64,000 nucleotides of DNA from positions 128,001-192,000 of the forward strand of contig CAXXIN010000003.1 in NCBI GenBank assembly GCA_963665275.2, in the 5' to 3' direction. This DNA comes from Negativicutes bacterium (GTDB lineage Bacteria; Bacillota; Negativicutes; UBA1444). The translations under genes and the position numbers were made by a program. Within the stretch, counting starts at the first letter, position 1, and each line of letters starts with the position of its first letter. A model generated the notes under the pieces. That model was given only the letters and a program-made list of their open reading frames with translations, was not told the DNA's origin and did not search any database. Below are positions 30,324 through 40,965 of this stretch, one piece after another.

Positions 30324-31589
30324 CTACTGAGCTGATCCACCTTCGAAGCAATCGAGAGTCGCAAAATAATCAGCCATCGTTTCGGCCCGGCGAATCATTT
30401 CCACTTTTCCATTCGGCTTGAGCAGCAATTCCGCCGAACGCAGTTTGCCATTGTAGTTGAAACCCATGGAAAAACCGTGAGCCCCGGTATCGTGAATGAC
30501 AATCGTATCGCCAATATCGATGGCCGGGAGCTGGCGGTCGATGGCGAATTTATCGTTGTTCTCGCACAATCCGCCTGTCACATCGTAAACATGATCCAAG
30601 GGCAGCGATTCCTTACCGATTACGGTAATATGATGATAAGAACCATACAACGCCGGCCGCATCAAGTTGGTCATGCAAGCGTCAAGCCCGACATAATTTT
30701 TGTGAATCTCTTTTTTATGCAAAACAGTCGTCACCAGGTACCCATAAGGGCCGGTAATCATCCGTCCGCATTCCATGGCGATCTTTAGCGGTTGCAGCTG
30801 GTTGCCGATGATTTTTTCTTCATAGGCCTTTTTGATTCCCGCCCCGACATACGACAAGTCCACCGGCTGCTCCTCCGGTTTGTAGGGAATGCCGATGCCG
30901 CCACCGAAATTGACAAACTCCATATCAATCCCGAGCTCCTGATGAAGTTCCAGAATGAGGTCGAACATCATGTCGGCTGTTGCGATAAAACTGTCGGGGT
31001 TAAGTTCGTTGGAAATAACCATCGTGTGAATGCCGAAACGCTTAATTCCTTTTTCTCTCATAATGCGGTAAGCCTGGAAAATTTGCGTTTTTGTCAACCC
31101 ATACTTCGCCTCTGACGGATAGCCGATGATGTCATTGCCGCTGCCAAGCAAAGGGCCCGGGTTGTAGCGGAAAGAAATAACTTCGGGCAATCCGGCATGC
31201 TGCTCCAGGAACGCAATATGGCTGATATCGTCGAGGTTGATGATCGCCCCCATTTCCCGAGCTTTTTCAAACTCACCTGCCGGGGTGTCGTTAGAAGTGA
31301 ACATGATGTCTTCGCCGGAAATGCCGGCCATTTCAGCCAATACAAGCTCAGGCAGCGAGCTGCAATCGGCGCCGAAACCCTCTTCGCGAAGAATCTTCAA
31401 GATCGTAGGATTGGGCGTAGCTTTGACGGCGAAATATTCTTTGAAATGCGGCGCCCACGCGAAAGCCGCAACAAACCTACGCGCGTTATTTCGGATTGCG
31501 GCTTCGTCGTAGATGTGAAAAGGAGTCGGATATTGCTGGACAATTTTCTCCAGCGCCTCTCGGGTGAAGGGGATCTTTTTTTCTGCCAT
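30324..31589 (-). CDS. lysA: Diaminopimelate decarboxylase
   Basis: YPTPFHIYDE, PLP motif FAVKA, NFGGGIG, ECGR, LCENNDKF, GFNYNG; downstream of a lysine riboswitch. Confidence 0.92.
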   Translation of the reverse strand: MAEKKIPFTREALEKIVQQYPTPFHIYDEAAIRNNARRFVAAFAWAPHFKEYFAVKATPNPTILKILREEGFGADCSSLPELVLAEMAGISGEDIMFTSNDTPAGEFEKAREMGAIINLDDISHIAFLEQHAGLPEVISFRYNPGPLLGSGNDIIGYPSEAKYGLTKTQIFQAYRIMREKGIKRFGIHTMVISNELNPDSFIATADMMFDLILELHQELGIDMEFVNFGGGIGIPYKPEEQPVDLSYVGAGIKKAYEEKIIGNQLQPLKIAMECGRMITGPYGYLVTTVLHKKEIHKNYVGLDACMTNLMRPALYGSYHHITVIGKESLPLDHVYDVTGGLCENNDKFAIDRQLPAIDIGDTIVIHDTGAHGFSMGFNYNGKLRSAELLLKPNGKVEMIRRAETMADYFATLDCFEGGSAQ

Positions 31590-31625
31590 TGTGTGTTCCT
31601 CCGATATCAAAATGAATTTTGCGCG

Positions 31626-31662
31626 AAAAGAAAGCGGTTCACGAACTAACTCGCAAACCGCT
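31626..31662 (-). terminator. Riboswitch expression-platform terminator
   Basis: Minus strand agcggtttgcgag-ttag-ttcgtgaaccgct then ttctttt, between the aptamer and lysA. Confidence 0.7.
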
Positions 31663-31692
31663 ACCATGAGCATTATGATGCCCCGCAGTGCA

Positions 31693-31855
31693 AGATAGTT
31701 CTCCATACGGTTGCCGTATGACAGTTTTGCATTTATTCAATACAAAACCAGCATGGATTTCGGCCAGAAACCCATCCTTCGGCGGTTAATCCTTTCTGTA
31801 CCTGTCATCGTTGGCAACTCTGGGTACATACTCTTAGTAAGCCGCGCCCCTATCT
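31693..31855 (-). promoter_or_regulatory. Lysine riboswitch (L-box)
   Basis: Minus strand agatagGGGCGCGG...AAGAGTA...GAAAGG...CCGCCGAA...CTGG...GAATA...ACTGTC...GGAGaaCTATCT with P1 closure agatag/ctatct, upstream of lysA. Confidence 0.88.
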
Positions 31856-31926
31856 GATCCATATAATGTTGTTGTTAAAATAGTAAGCCATCACGCCCAG
31901 ACTGTCAACCCAATTTTGCTCCCGGC

Positions 31927-32880
31927 TTACCTGCTTTCCAGTGAAAACTGCCTCACGAACCAACGAACGTACCAGTGCATCATCCACGGAATAGGAATAA
32001 TCACGATGGCGGAGAGAACAAAAGCGAAAGATCGCCATAATATTTCGAGGCCGCTGCCGGTGAACACAACTTTTGCGTGAGCGCTTTCCACTTTGCTGCA
32101 CAACCAGCGCATATTGGCGGCAACGACCCAGGCCCACCCCACAATCGTGAACATCGATAATACAATCAAAACATACCAGCCGATGAACCGCCCATAACTG
32201 CCAGTAAATTTGAGCGATAATGCACGTCCATCAGCCGCTAGGCTCTCAATCACCCAACGGAAGAGGATGAGCGAAAGGTATGGATTCAGAAACAATGGCA
32301 AAATCTGAAATAACGGATTCTTAACAAGACCGATATAACCGCTTAGCGCCAGCAGAATGCACCAAACCCACTTGTCGCCGGGGTTGCCGGTAAACTCGAC
32401 TCGCGACACCCGCGGCAGCTGCAGATGGGCAACAAACCATTTGTAAAAGCTCGTAATCGCCCACGGCGCCGGCACGACCAATAGGGTCCCGAACATGAGC
32501 AGCAGGACGCGACCCAAAAGCCCCCACACACTCATGTTGGTCCCAAACGCCTGAGAAGAGAAGCGCTCCCTTTGCTGGCTGGGCATGCCGAAAACATCCC
32601 CGGCTTTGACCCACTCGGTCATCCCTTCACTGCATACCATTGCATCGCCGGTCACTTGCCCCCGCGCAATCCACTCACGCACCTGTTCTTCAGGGTAAGG
32701 CCCCGACTGCTGCCCCGCGACCGCTAGATACCAAGTTCGCGATACCGGGGGGAAAGATCCTGGCAGCGGCGGCGGTCCGGCTACCGCTCCTACTGATTGA
32801 TTGGCTGACAAATCCGTCCCACAGGAGCCGCAAAACCTCGCCGTATCCGGATTTTCTCTGCCGCAGTTTTTACAAAACAA
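31927..32880 (-). CDS. Membrane protein: zinc ribbon + GYF_2 (DUF4339) + multi-pass DUF898-like domain
   Basis: CKNCG...FCGSCG; WYLAVAGQQSGPY...WVKAGDV; repeated FTG-containing hydrophobic segments. Confidence 0.7.
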   Translation of the reverse strand: MFCKNCGRENPDTARFCGSCGTDLSANQSVGAVAGPPPLPGSFPPVSRTWYLAVAGQQSGPYPEEQVREWIARGQVTGDAMVCSEGMTEWVKAGDVFGMPSQQRERFSSQAFGTNMSVWGLLGRVLLLMFGTLLVVPAPWAITSFYKWFVAHLQLPRVSRVEFTGNPGDKWVWCILLALSGYIGLVKNPLFQILPLFLNPYLSLILFRWVIESLAADGRALSLKFTGSYGRFIGWYVLIVLSMFTIVGWAWVVAANMRWLCSKVESAHAKVVFTGSGLEILWRSFAFVLSAIVIIPIPWMMHWYVRWFVRQFSLESR

Positions 32881-33208
32881 AACTATCTCCTCCACAGTCC
32901 CATCAGTTTTCGCAGGTAATGTATAGTTATTTTCTACACAGAATTACCTTTCCCTCTTTTCAAGGCACCGCTGAAGAGCATTTCCTGGCTAAACTATTTT
33001 CGCGAATCGCATTAATGATTACGAGGATCGCATCTTGTTTTCTTTATGCAAATTCAACTTATTATGTTTTTTGCAAAAATGCTTGTTTTTTACATTTTTT
33101 AAGCTAAAAACTTCACTTTGCTCGCCAAATCTTTGCGAACAGGAGCCGTACTGCGAATATCAGTATACCCCAGGATATATTCGATAAGCCTAGGTCCGGA
33201 GCAGGATG

Positions 33209-33233
33209 TTTACACAAAATTATTGACAGACCC
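33209..33233. mobile_element. Isolated IS256-like terminal repeat at the left edge of the AT-rich island
   Basis: tttacacaaaattattgacagaccc resembles IS256-family ends; no transposase is adjacent. Confidence 0.4.
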
Positions 33234-33332
33234 TTTTACCGGTCTACTGAATGGGGGACGCCGCACAAGATTTTGTCCGCATCGCCTTGTCTGCACTTTA
33301 AGTTTGCGCTATACACGACCGCCATTGATAGC

Positions 33333-35444
33333 TTACTTTTTAATAATTACCAATCCATCTGCAGCAACAACACCCCTACCTCTTTCGTAAACAAACAATG
33401 GATTTATATCCATCTCAACTAATATATCTTTGTTCGCAACTGCAAAATTACTAATAGCCACCAAAGTAGTAGCCAGCGCCTCAATATCCAATTCTGCTTG
33501 TCCCCTATATCCGTAAAATAGAGGAGCTGCCTTTAGTGAACCAATCATTCTTAACGCTTCTTTATTATTAAATGGTGCTGGGTATAAAGACATGTCTTTG
33601 AATACCTCTACAAATATGCCACCAATCCCTACTAATACCATAGGTCCAAATTGCAGATCGTTCTTCACTCCTATAATAACTTCCATTGCATCCCTGGAAA
33701 GCATTTCTTGAATTAAGATGCCGTTAATTTTCGCATCGGGTTTGTGTTTCTTTACACTCGACAATATTTCATTGTAATATTTTTTAACATCATTGATATT
33801 ACTGATGTTTAGTTGTACTCCACCTACATCAGACTTATGAAGAATGTCTGCAGATTCAATTTTCAAAACTAAAGGGAATCCTATTTCATGGGCAATTTTT
33901 TCGGCTTCTTCTTCACTCATGGCTATTGCTTCTTTTGTGACAGGAACACCAAATTGTTTTAAAAGTTCTTTTGAATTATGTTCTGATAATGCAATTTTTT
34001 GACCTTCCATAACTTTGGGTGACGCTATTGTTAATGTCCTTGATTCACATGTTTGCACCCACTGTGAATAATTCAAGATATATTTAATAGTATTGCATGC
34101 GTAAACTGGCGGTGGCAAAACTGGAACCCCTACGTCAGCCAATCTGTCAATATATTTCTGTACTCTACCTGACTCCACAGATGGCATTACGGCAATAGGT
34201 TTCTTATTTCCACCTTTCATAATCTTTTCTATACCTTGAGTCATACATTCAACCGAAGGACTTAATAACTCTTCATCCGGTCCTATAGTCAAGCCAATGA
34301 TCATCATATCCACATTATTATCAGACAAAACCAACTTCAATACCGATGCGTAAACATCCGCATCATAGCAAACCGTTGCGGTCGTATCTAATGGATTATT
34401 GGGAGTCGCATAATTTGGTAAAATATTTTTCAACTTTTCAATAGTTTTCTGTTCAAAGTCAGGAAATTTCAGTCCGGCTATTGTGCCCATATCCGCACAT
34501 ATAGTTGTTTCACCACCGGAAACATTAACAGCGGTAAAAGCATTCCTAGATGGAAGCGAAGGCATTAGCGCCAGCGATGTCGTTACCGCTATCAGTTCTT
34601 CAATATCATTCACGCGAATTACGCCAAATTTAGAGAATATCGCATCAAACACTTTATCCGATCCCGACATACTCCCCGTGTGGGATGCAGCAAGCTGACT
34701 TCCTTTTTCCGAACGCCCCGCTTTTAAGATAACCACTGGTTTCTTTTGATGGGCAGCTTTTTTGAGTGCACAAGCAAATTTTTCTGGTTGGGACACCCCT
34801 TCTATATAAGCTGCTACCACTTTGGTATTTTCATCCTCAACTAAAAAATTTAAGTAATCTTCTATTTGAACAATTTTGCTATTACCAGAAGAAATCAAAT
34901 ACGAAAATCTAGTCTTAGGGCTATCATACATTGACTGACAAATCTGGCCGCTCTGTGCAACCAAACCGATTTTCCCGTTATTCTTGCGACCTCGTAATGT
35001 AAAGCCAAATGAAAATATTTTATCTATGAAGTTAACGTATCCCGCACAATTCGGACCCATTAATGCAATATTTAATTCATTGCACAATGCTTTCAAATCC
35101 ATTTCTGCTTGCTTGTCTTCTTCTCTTCCCGTTTCACCATAACCGCTCGCATAAACAACAGCTCCACCGGCTCCTTTTTTAGCCGCTTCTTTTAACAACT
35201 CTACTACCGTTGATTTCGGTGTTGCGATAATAATCAAATCAATATTTTCTGGAATGTCCGAGATAGCATGATATGTCCGAATTCCAAATACTTCATCGTG
35301 CTTAGAATTCACTAAATATAAGTCGCAAATTCTTTCTTTACATTGCTCAATGAATATTTTAACCGTTAATCCACCTAAACTTTTCTTCTCGTTGGCCCCA
35401 ACTATTACAACTTTGCGCGGCCTTAGCAATTTATCCAAATCCAT
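33333..35444 (-). CDS. ADP-forming acyl-CoA ligase (acetate-CoA ligase family, fused subunits)
   Basis: GPNCAG, AQSG, phospho-His SHTGS, NPLD, ATP-grasp HKSDVGGV, FGPMV, EMDINPL. Confidence 0.9.
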   Translation of the reverse strand: MDLDKLLRPRKVVIVGANEKKSLGGLTVKIFIEQCKERICDLYLVNSKHDEVFGIRTYHAISDIPENIDLIIIATPKSTVVELLKEAAKKGAGGAVVYASGYGETGREEDKQAEMDLKALCNELNIALMGPNCAGYVNFIDKIFSFGFTLRGRKNNGKIGLVAQSGQICQSMYDSPKTRFSYLISSGNSKIVQIEDYLNFLVEDENTKVVAAYIEGVSQPEKFACALKKAAHQKKPVVILKAGRSEKGSQLAASHTGSMSGSDKVFDAIFSKFGVIRVNDIEELIAVTTSLALMPSLPSRNAFTAVNVSGGETTICADMGTIAGLKFPDFEQKTIEKLKNILPNYATPNNPLDTTATVCYDADVYASVLKLVLSDNNVDMMIIGLTIGPDEELLSPSVECMTQGIEKIMKGGNKKPIAVMPSVESGRVQKYIDRLADVGVPVLPPPVYACNTIKYILNYSQWVQTCESRTLTIASPKVMEGQKIALSEHNSKELLKQFGVPVTKEAIAMSEEEAEKIAHEIGFPLVLKIESADILHKSDVGGVQLNISNINDVKKYYNEILSSVKKHKPDAKINGILIQEMLSRDAMEVIIGVKNDLQFGPMVLVGIGGIFVEVFKDMSLYPAPFNNKEALRMIGSLKAAPLFYGYRGQAELDIEALATTLVAISNFAVANKDILVEMDINPLFVYERGRGVVAADGLVIIKK

Positions 35445-35564
35445 TTTATATCATCCTCCGGAACAATCTATTAGTATTCTTTGGCAAGTTAATCCATGGT
35501 GGAAAAGCCTTAAAAATCCACCCTTCACGTTCTGTTTTACCAATTGCCCCCATAAGGGATCACA

Positions 35565-36551
35565 TTAATGTTCTTTTTGGGTTACGCCATTGACTATGTA
35601 ACACTTCTCATATTCACCTTTTAAATAAAAAAGAATATTTTCTGCTGATTGTGTTTTGGCATCGCGCACAGATGACAAAGAATAAAACGCCACATGGGGC
35701 GTAAGAATAACATTGTGCCGTCCGCATAAAGCATTATTATTCAAATCCGGATGTTCATCCACTAGGACATCTAACGCTGCAAAACCTACTTTACCTGAAT
35801 TAAGTGCATTCACCAATGCATTCTCGTCGATTATGCCCCCTCTTGATGTATTTATCAAAACAACTCCATCTTTCATTTTCGCAAAAGCTTGAGTGTTAAG
35901 CGTTTTTTCAGTATTTTTATTTAGTGGCAAATGGCAACTAATATAATCGGCTTTTTCATAAAGCTCATCTAATGTTACCAATTTCACACCACACTTATCT
36001 GCGTCTTCCGAGGAAACGAATGGATCGTAAGCAATAATTTCAGGGCCAAAACCGTTCAGTCTTTTGGCTACCAACTTGGAGATATTCCCAAAGCCCAACA
36101 AACCTATGGTACATTCACAAAATCTCGTCATGTTTGGGCAAAGATCAAACTTCCAAGCTTTGTTTTGCTGAACACTTGTATTAAATTGAACAAGCCTTCG
36201 ATTTATGCAAAGCATCAAGGCAACCGTATGGTCTGCCACTTCATTTATACAATACTGAGGAATGTTGGTAACAGCGATATTTCTTTTTTTTGCATCATTC
36301 AAATCAACAGAGTTAAAACCTATCGACTTAAATGATAATATTTTTAATTTCGGCAATTTTTCCATCACTTTATCAGTAAAAGGCTCATAACAACAGATAA
36401 CTGCATCCGCATCCTTACAGTTTTCTATCAGTTCTTCTTCAGTTTTACATGGTATTTTTGCTATTTGTGCAAAATCTCCAAATACTTTTTCTTCTTCATC
36501 CAAACCACCCATTGAGTTAAAAGTAAGAATAACTTTTTTCATGGTGCGCAT
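35565..36551 (-). CDS. D-isomer-specific 2-hydroxyacid dehydrogenase
   Basis: GLLGFGNI, INTSRG, ALDV..E, TPHVAFYS. Confidence 0.88.
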   Translation of the reverse strand: MRTMKKVILTFNSMGGLDEEEKVFGDFAQIAKIPCKTEEELIENCKDADAVICCYEPFTDKVMEKLPKLKILSFKSIGFNSVDLNDAKKRNIAVTNIPQYCINEVADHTVALMLCINRRLVQFNTSVQQNKAWKFDLCPNMTRFCECTIGLLGFGNISKLVAKRLNGFGPEIIAYDPFVSSEDADKCGVKLVTLDELYEKADYISCHLPLNKNTEKTLNTQAFAKMKDGVVLINTSRGGIIDENALVNALNSGKVGFAALDVLVDEHPDLNNNALCGRHNVILTPHVAFYSLSSVRDAKTQSAENILFYLKGEYEKCYIVNGVTQKEH

Positions 36552-36646
36552 CTCCTCGATAAGATTTATACGACTTGACTCAACTCGGAAAATCGGTCTT
36601 AGTACAGCAATAATGCGCTACAAACTGCATATAAGGATTCCGTGTT

Positions 36647-37189
36647 TTACTTAGCGATACAATTATATCCGGCATCAAATGCGTCCACATTTTTCGCATT
36701 ATATTTGCCTTTTCCGTGATCTTCAAAATACTTACATATTGCATCCAAGCATATTTCTTTATCAAAAAGGTTAGTTGCTTTAACCAAAGCGCCTAACATG
36801 ACTAGATTGCTGCCATGAATATTACCAACTTTTTCCGCCAATGAATTGGCTCCAACTTTCACCACTCTTATTTCTTTTCTATACTGTTTATTTTCTTCAA
36901 CTAAGTCAGAGTTCACAAATAAGTATCCGCCAAGGTTTACCTTTTTCTCAAATTTATCTATTGCCAACTCATTCATCGTAAAAAGGATATCAAGATTCTT
37001 AATGTAAGGACTGGCTATTGCCTCGTTAGAAAATTTCACACTACAATTTGCTGTTCCCCCTCGCATTTCAGAACCATAGGAAGGATACCAGCATACATTC
37101 ATTCCACTGGCTTTTGCCGCATGAATCAACATCATGCCAGCGGTAAGCACACCTTGTCCACCATATCCAGCACAGATAATTTCAGTCAT
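36647..37189 (-). CDS. 2-oxoacid:ferredoxin oxidoreductase gamma subunit
   Basis: AGYGGQG, PSYGSEMRGGTANC, NLVMLGA. Confidence 0.9.
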   Translation of the reverse strand: MTEIICAGYGGQGVLTAGMMLIHAAKASGMNVCWYPSYGSEMRGGTANCSVKFSNEAIASPYIKNLDILFTMNELAIDKFEKKVNLGGYLFVNSDLVEENKQYRKEIRVVKVGANSLAEKVGNIHGSNLVMLGALVKATNLFDKEICLDAICKYFEDHGKGKYNAKNVDAFDAGYNCIAK

Positions 37190-37932
37190 ACTATTTGTCT
37201 CCCTCCATCGATGAATTCACCGATGTCATAATATGAGCATAGTTCTTCCTTTATTCTTTTCATCGAATTCACTGGACTCATATTCCAGTTTGTCGGGCAA
37301 GGCGCCAACAGTTCCACCAAGGAAAACCCTGCATTATTCATTTGCTTTTCAATCGCTTTTCCTAAATATTTTTTACAGTTTCTAATTTCATTTGCGTTAT
37401 GCATGGATCCCCTTGCCAAATAAGCGATATTCAATTTCCCCATTACATCGACAATATCAAAGGGTTTTCCTGTTTTTTTAGCATTTCGTCCAGATGGAGA
37501 AGATGTTGTCTTCTGCCCTTCCATAGTTGTAGGTGACATTTGTCCGCCGGTCATTCCATAAACGCCATTATTTACTACCACTACCGTTACGTTATTATTG
37601 CGAAGTGCTGCATGCATTGTCTCCGCTAACCCGATCGAATAAGCCGCGCCATCTCCTACATATACTATTGAGGGATTAAATGGCCGTACCGATTTTACGC
37701 CTACTGCAACAGCAACATCTCTACCATGCGCGCTCATAATTGTATCTACATTCCACGTCTTCCATTGCATACAACCACATGCGACATCTACCGTTATTAT
37801 GGCCTTATTAATTAAGCCCATTTCTTCCAATACTTCTACTAATAACCTGTTAGCTATGCCATGTCCGCACCCAGGACAAAATCTTGTTGTTTCAGCTATT
37901 AATAATCTATTGGGAGCTTTTACTGCGGCCAT
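37186..37932 (-). CDS. 2-oxoacid:ferredoxin oxidoreductase beta (TPP-binding) subunit
   Basis: FCPGCGH, HGR, GDG...NNGVYGMTGGQMSPTT, PCPTNW. Confidence 0.9.
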   Translation of the reverse strand: MAAVKAPNRLLIAETTRFCPGCGHGIANRLLVEVLEEMGLINKAIITVDVACGCMQWKTWNVDTIMSAHGRDVAVAVGVKSVRPFNPSIVYVGDGAAYSIGLAETMHAALRNNNVTVVVVNNGVYGMTGGQMSPTTMEGQKTTSSPSGRNAKKTGKPFDIVDVMGKLNIAYLARGSMHNANEIRNCKKYLGKAIEKQMNNAGFSLVELLAPCPTNWNMSPVNSMKRIKEELCSYYDIGEFIDGGRQIV

Positions 37933-37933
37933 T

Positions 37934-38998
37934 TTATAACACTTCCTTTGCTTTTCCCGCGAGAATGTCTTTAGCAAATTGAATAATATTTTCCGTCTCC
38001 GGCGCAATAAATGAATTTCCATAGTAATAAACCGGATACTTGCATTTCGTTGCAACTTTTACATCATCAACTAATTGACCCAATGCGTTCATTTCCACAG
38101 TCATCAATGCTTTACAAGCATCTGACAATGTTGCAAATGCTTTTACTGGAAACGGAAACAATGTAATAGGTCTGATTAGCCCTAATTTTATGTTTTGGGA
38201 CCTTGCCAATTTGACAACTTCTTTTGATATTCTCGAGCTGATACCATACGCCACCATGACTACTTCAGCATCTTCAACGAGTATGCTTTCCCATCTTTGC
38301 TCAGTATCATTCATCGACTGATACTTTTCTCTGAGTCGATTGTCATAATCAGCTTCCACATAAGAAGTGTTCGCAATTACTTTGTGTGGTTCATCATCTT
38401 TTGCGCCTTTTACTGTCCACTCGAATTTATCAATGTCATGTTCCTGCATTGCAGGCAGCTTTACGGCCTCTACCATTTGCCCGATAGCCGCGTCTGATAA
38501 GACAATGACTGGATGCCTGTATTTTTCCGCAAGATCAAAGGCTTGATAAACAAAATCTGCGTTTTCCTGAACCGAGTTGGGTGCTAATACAATGACTCGG
38601 GTATCTCCGTGTCCATTTCCTCTTGTCACTAACCAGTAGTCACCTTGCCCTTGCTGTATTTCACCCAGGCCATTTCCGCATCTAGCAACATCAACCAATA
38701 CGCAAGGAAGATCCGCGGCTACCAAATAGGAAATCCCCTCTTGCATTAGCGAAAACCCTGGCCCTGATGATGATGAAAGAGCTCTTGCGCCTGTCGCTGC
38801 AGCACCATACAACATATATATCCCGGCAATTTCCGATTCGGATTGTATGAACGTTCCTCCAACCTCATCCATTCTCCATGATAGATATTCCAATATTTCT
38901 GTTTGCGGAGTTATTGGGTACCCGCTAAAAAATCTACACCCAGCCCTTAAAGCCGCTTCAGCCAAGGCCTCATTGCCTTTCATTAATACTTCAGTCAT
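37934..38998 (-). CDS. 2-oxoacid:ferredoxin oxidoreductase alpha subunit (VorB-like)
   Basis: MKGNEA, GYPITPQ, QSESE, SSSGPGFSLMQEG, RPITLFPFP, VEMN. Confidence 0.9.
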   Translation of the reverse strand: MTEVLMKGNEALAEAALRAGCRFFSGYPITPQTEILEYLSWRMDEVGGTFIQSESEIAGIYMLYGAAATGARALSSSSGPGFSLMQEGISYLVAADLPCVLVDVARCGNGLGEIQQGQGDYWLVTRGNGHGDTRVIVLAPNSVQENADFVYQAFDLAEKYRHPVIVLSDAAIGQMVEAVKLPAMQEHDIDKFEWTVKGAKDDEPHKVIANTSYVEADYDNRLREKYQSMNDTEQRWESILVEDAEVVMVAYGISSRISKEVVKLARSQNIKLGLIRPITLFPFPVKAFATLSDACKALMTVEMNALGQLVDDVKVATKCKYPVYYYGNSFIAPETENIIQFAKDILAGKAKEVL

Positions 38999-39032
38999 TT
39001 TTATTTCCCTCCGTTAGAATAATCTCATTACT

Positions 39033-39233
39033 TTACTGTAAAATCTCGAATACATAGTCAGGACACACGGTATAACATGTTCCACAACCGATACATATTT
39101 CTTCATCCACTTTAACCACTTTAAATCCCTGGTTGTTCTTATTCTCCGATACAGATATCGCATGTACTGGGCAAGCTCCAATACAGTATTGACAGGTTTT
39201 ACATCTTTCTGTATACAATTTCACCTTTGCCAT
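39033..39233 (-). CDS. 2[4Fe-4S] ferredoxin-like delta subunit
   Basis: CKTCQYCIGACP and CIGCGTCYTVCP. Confidence 0.9.
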   Translation of the reverse strand: MAKVKLYTERCKTCQYCIGACPVHAISVSENKNNQGFKVVKVDEEICIGCGTCYTVCPDYVFEILQ

Positions 39234-39262
39234 TGTATTTATCTCCTCCTTCAAAATCCAAT

Positions 39263-40711
39263 CTATATAGCTGCATCTAATTTTTTCAGGGCAATTGCTT
39301 TTTCTTGGTCAGTTAATTTACGAATACCAATTCCGGTAACAGCATAAAAGACAGCAAATAAGGGTCCTAAATATGAAAGCATGGCCCATATGGCATATCC
39401 TTGATTTCCATAAATCGGCACTCCAAAAGTTGCAACATAAAACACAGCAGATAGACTCCAGGGAATCAGCGCCCCCATTTCCGTTCCAATATCCTCTAGG
39501 CATCTTGATAAAACACGCGGGGCAATCCCAAGTTCGATATATTTTCTTCTGAACATTTCTGGAACTAGTATAAATGCGATATATGCGGAGCCTGTCGCAA
39601 GCATAATGAGTAATACCATGAGTAATGTTGCCAAGATGACATGCATCTGTGTTTTAACCTTACTGGTAACGGGGTATAAAACTACATCAAGAAAACCAGC
39701 CTTACTTATTATTGCGGCGAAAGCATACCCGCAAAATACTATCAACACTACATCAGCCATAGAAAGCATTCCACCGCGATTAAGAATTCTTAATATTTCC
39801 GGGGCAACATTTCCTTTAAATGCCATTGTAGTTTTAAATCCACTCACTGTAGAGGCAAACCCATCCACTAATGAAAATCCTTGATAAAACAGCCCCAATC
39901 CTAATGCCGCAAGAATCGCAATAAAAAGGGTTGGTACGGGAGGTTTCTTTGTAACTGCTCCAATTATGATAATGACGAACGGTATCAATAATAAAATGCT
40001 CCATTGATACATGCTATCTAAAGATGCTAACATGCTTAACGTGGATTCAGGTATACCAACGCTTCCGGACGTCATATACTGCTTTCCCGCGATGAGATAA
40101 ACAACGCCAGCGATTATTGTTGGTGGAATCGTAGTCCAAAGCATAGATTGAATATGATCATATATATTTGCTCCTGAACAAAGAGGCGCAAAGTTAGTAG
40201 TTTCTGAAAGAGGCGACAATTTATCCCCAAATATTGCTCCTGCTATTACCGCCCCCACTGTAATAGGCAACGACACTCCTAATCCTTGAGCGACTCCAAC
40301 GAAAGCTACTCCTGCAGTCCCCGCCGAACTCCACGAACTTCCGGTACAGGTAGAAAATACCATGCAAGTTATAAACGCAGAAACTACAACATATGAGGGA
40401 TTGATCAATTTTAATCCATAATAAATTATCATGGGAATTGAACCCGAAAATATGAATGTTCCAATAACCATCCCAATGCACCATATTAGAATCAATACTG
40501 AAGTTGTTTTTCCCATTCTTTGAGATATTGCTTCTTCCAATTCATCCCACGTATACCCCAGTCTCAACGCTGCTATTCCAGCAATCATAGTCGCAATACA
40601 AAGCAACATCTCGGTTTTAAGTCTAAGAACCAAAGTTCCAACTATAATAATCATCAAAGAAATACCTGTTACACATAGGGATTGATTAAATGACGGAATC
40701 TTTTTCCCCAT
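39263..40711 (-). CDS. NhaC-family transporter (probable amino-acid/organic-acid carrier)
   Basis: TGSSWSSAGT, GAIFGDKLSPLSETT, LSRCLED, LIPW. Confidence 0.85.
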   Translation of the reverse strand: MGKKIPSFNQSLCVTGISLMIIIVGTLVLRLKTEMLLCIATMIAGIAALRLGYTWDELEEAISQRMGKTTSVLILIWCIGMVIGTFIFSGSIPMIIYYGLKLINPSYVVVSAFITCMVFSTCTGSSWSSAGTAGVAFVGVAQGLGVSLPITVGAVIAGAIFGDKLSPLSETTNFAPLCSGANIYDHIQSMLWTTIPPTIIAGVVYLIAGKQYMTSGSVGIPESTLSMLASLDSMYQWSILLLIPFVIIIIGAVTKKPPVPTLFIAILAALGLGLFYQGFSLVDGFASTVSGFKTTMAFKGNVAPEILRILNRGGMLSMADVVLIVFCGYAFAAIISKAGFLDVVLYPVTSKVKTQMHVILATLLMVLLIMLATGSAYIAFILVPEMFRRKYIELGIAPRVLSRCLEDIGTEMGALIPWSLSAVFYVATFGVPIYGNQGYAIWAMLSYLGPLFAVFYAVTGIGIRKLTDQEKAIALKKLDAAI

Positions 40712-40965
40712 TTTGACGCACTTCCTTCTTAAAACTCTGAAATTAATTATCTCGCATTAATCGCTCGATTCAGAAGGCATTATATATTTTCCTGTGCGAT
40801 CTACCCTAAATGATGAGTTCTGCTGTGAGTTTTTTTGTTTTGCGTTAGTGTCGATTATTATTGAATTCTTTGATCAACTATCTAATCGATTGTTCAGCAG
40901 TAGGTAGTGCCAAGTGTATATACATGCATGCTTGACAGTACCTACTACATCTAAACTACCGACTA

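Noticed and set aside
32896-33117. Possible riboswitch in the leader of the GYF_2 protein
   Set aside because: Only a weak hairpin is present; no conserved aptamer motifs were recognised.
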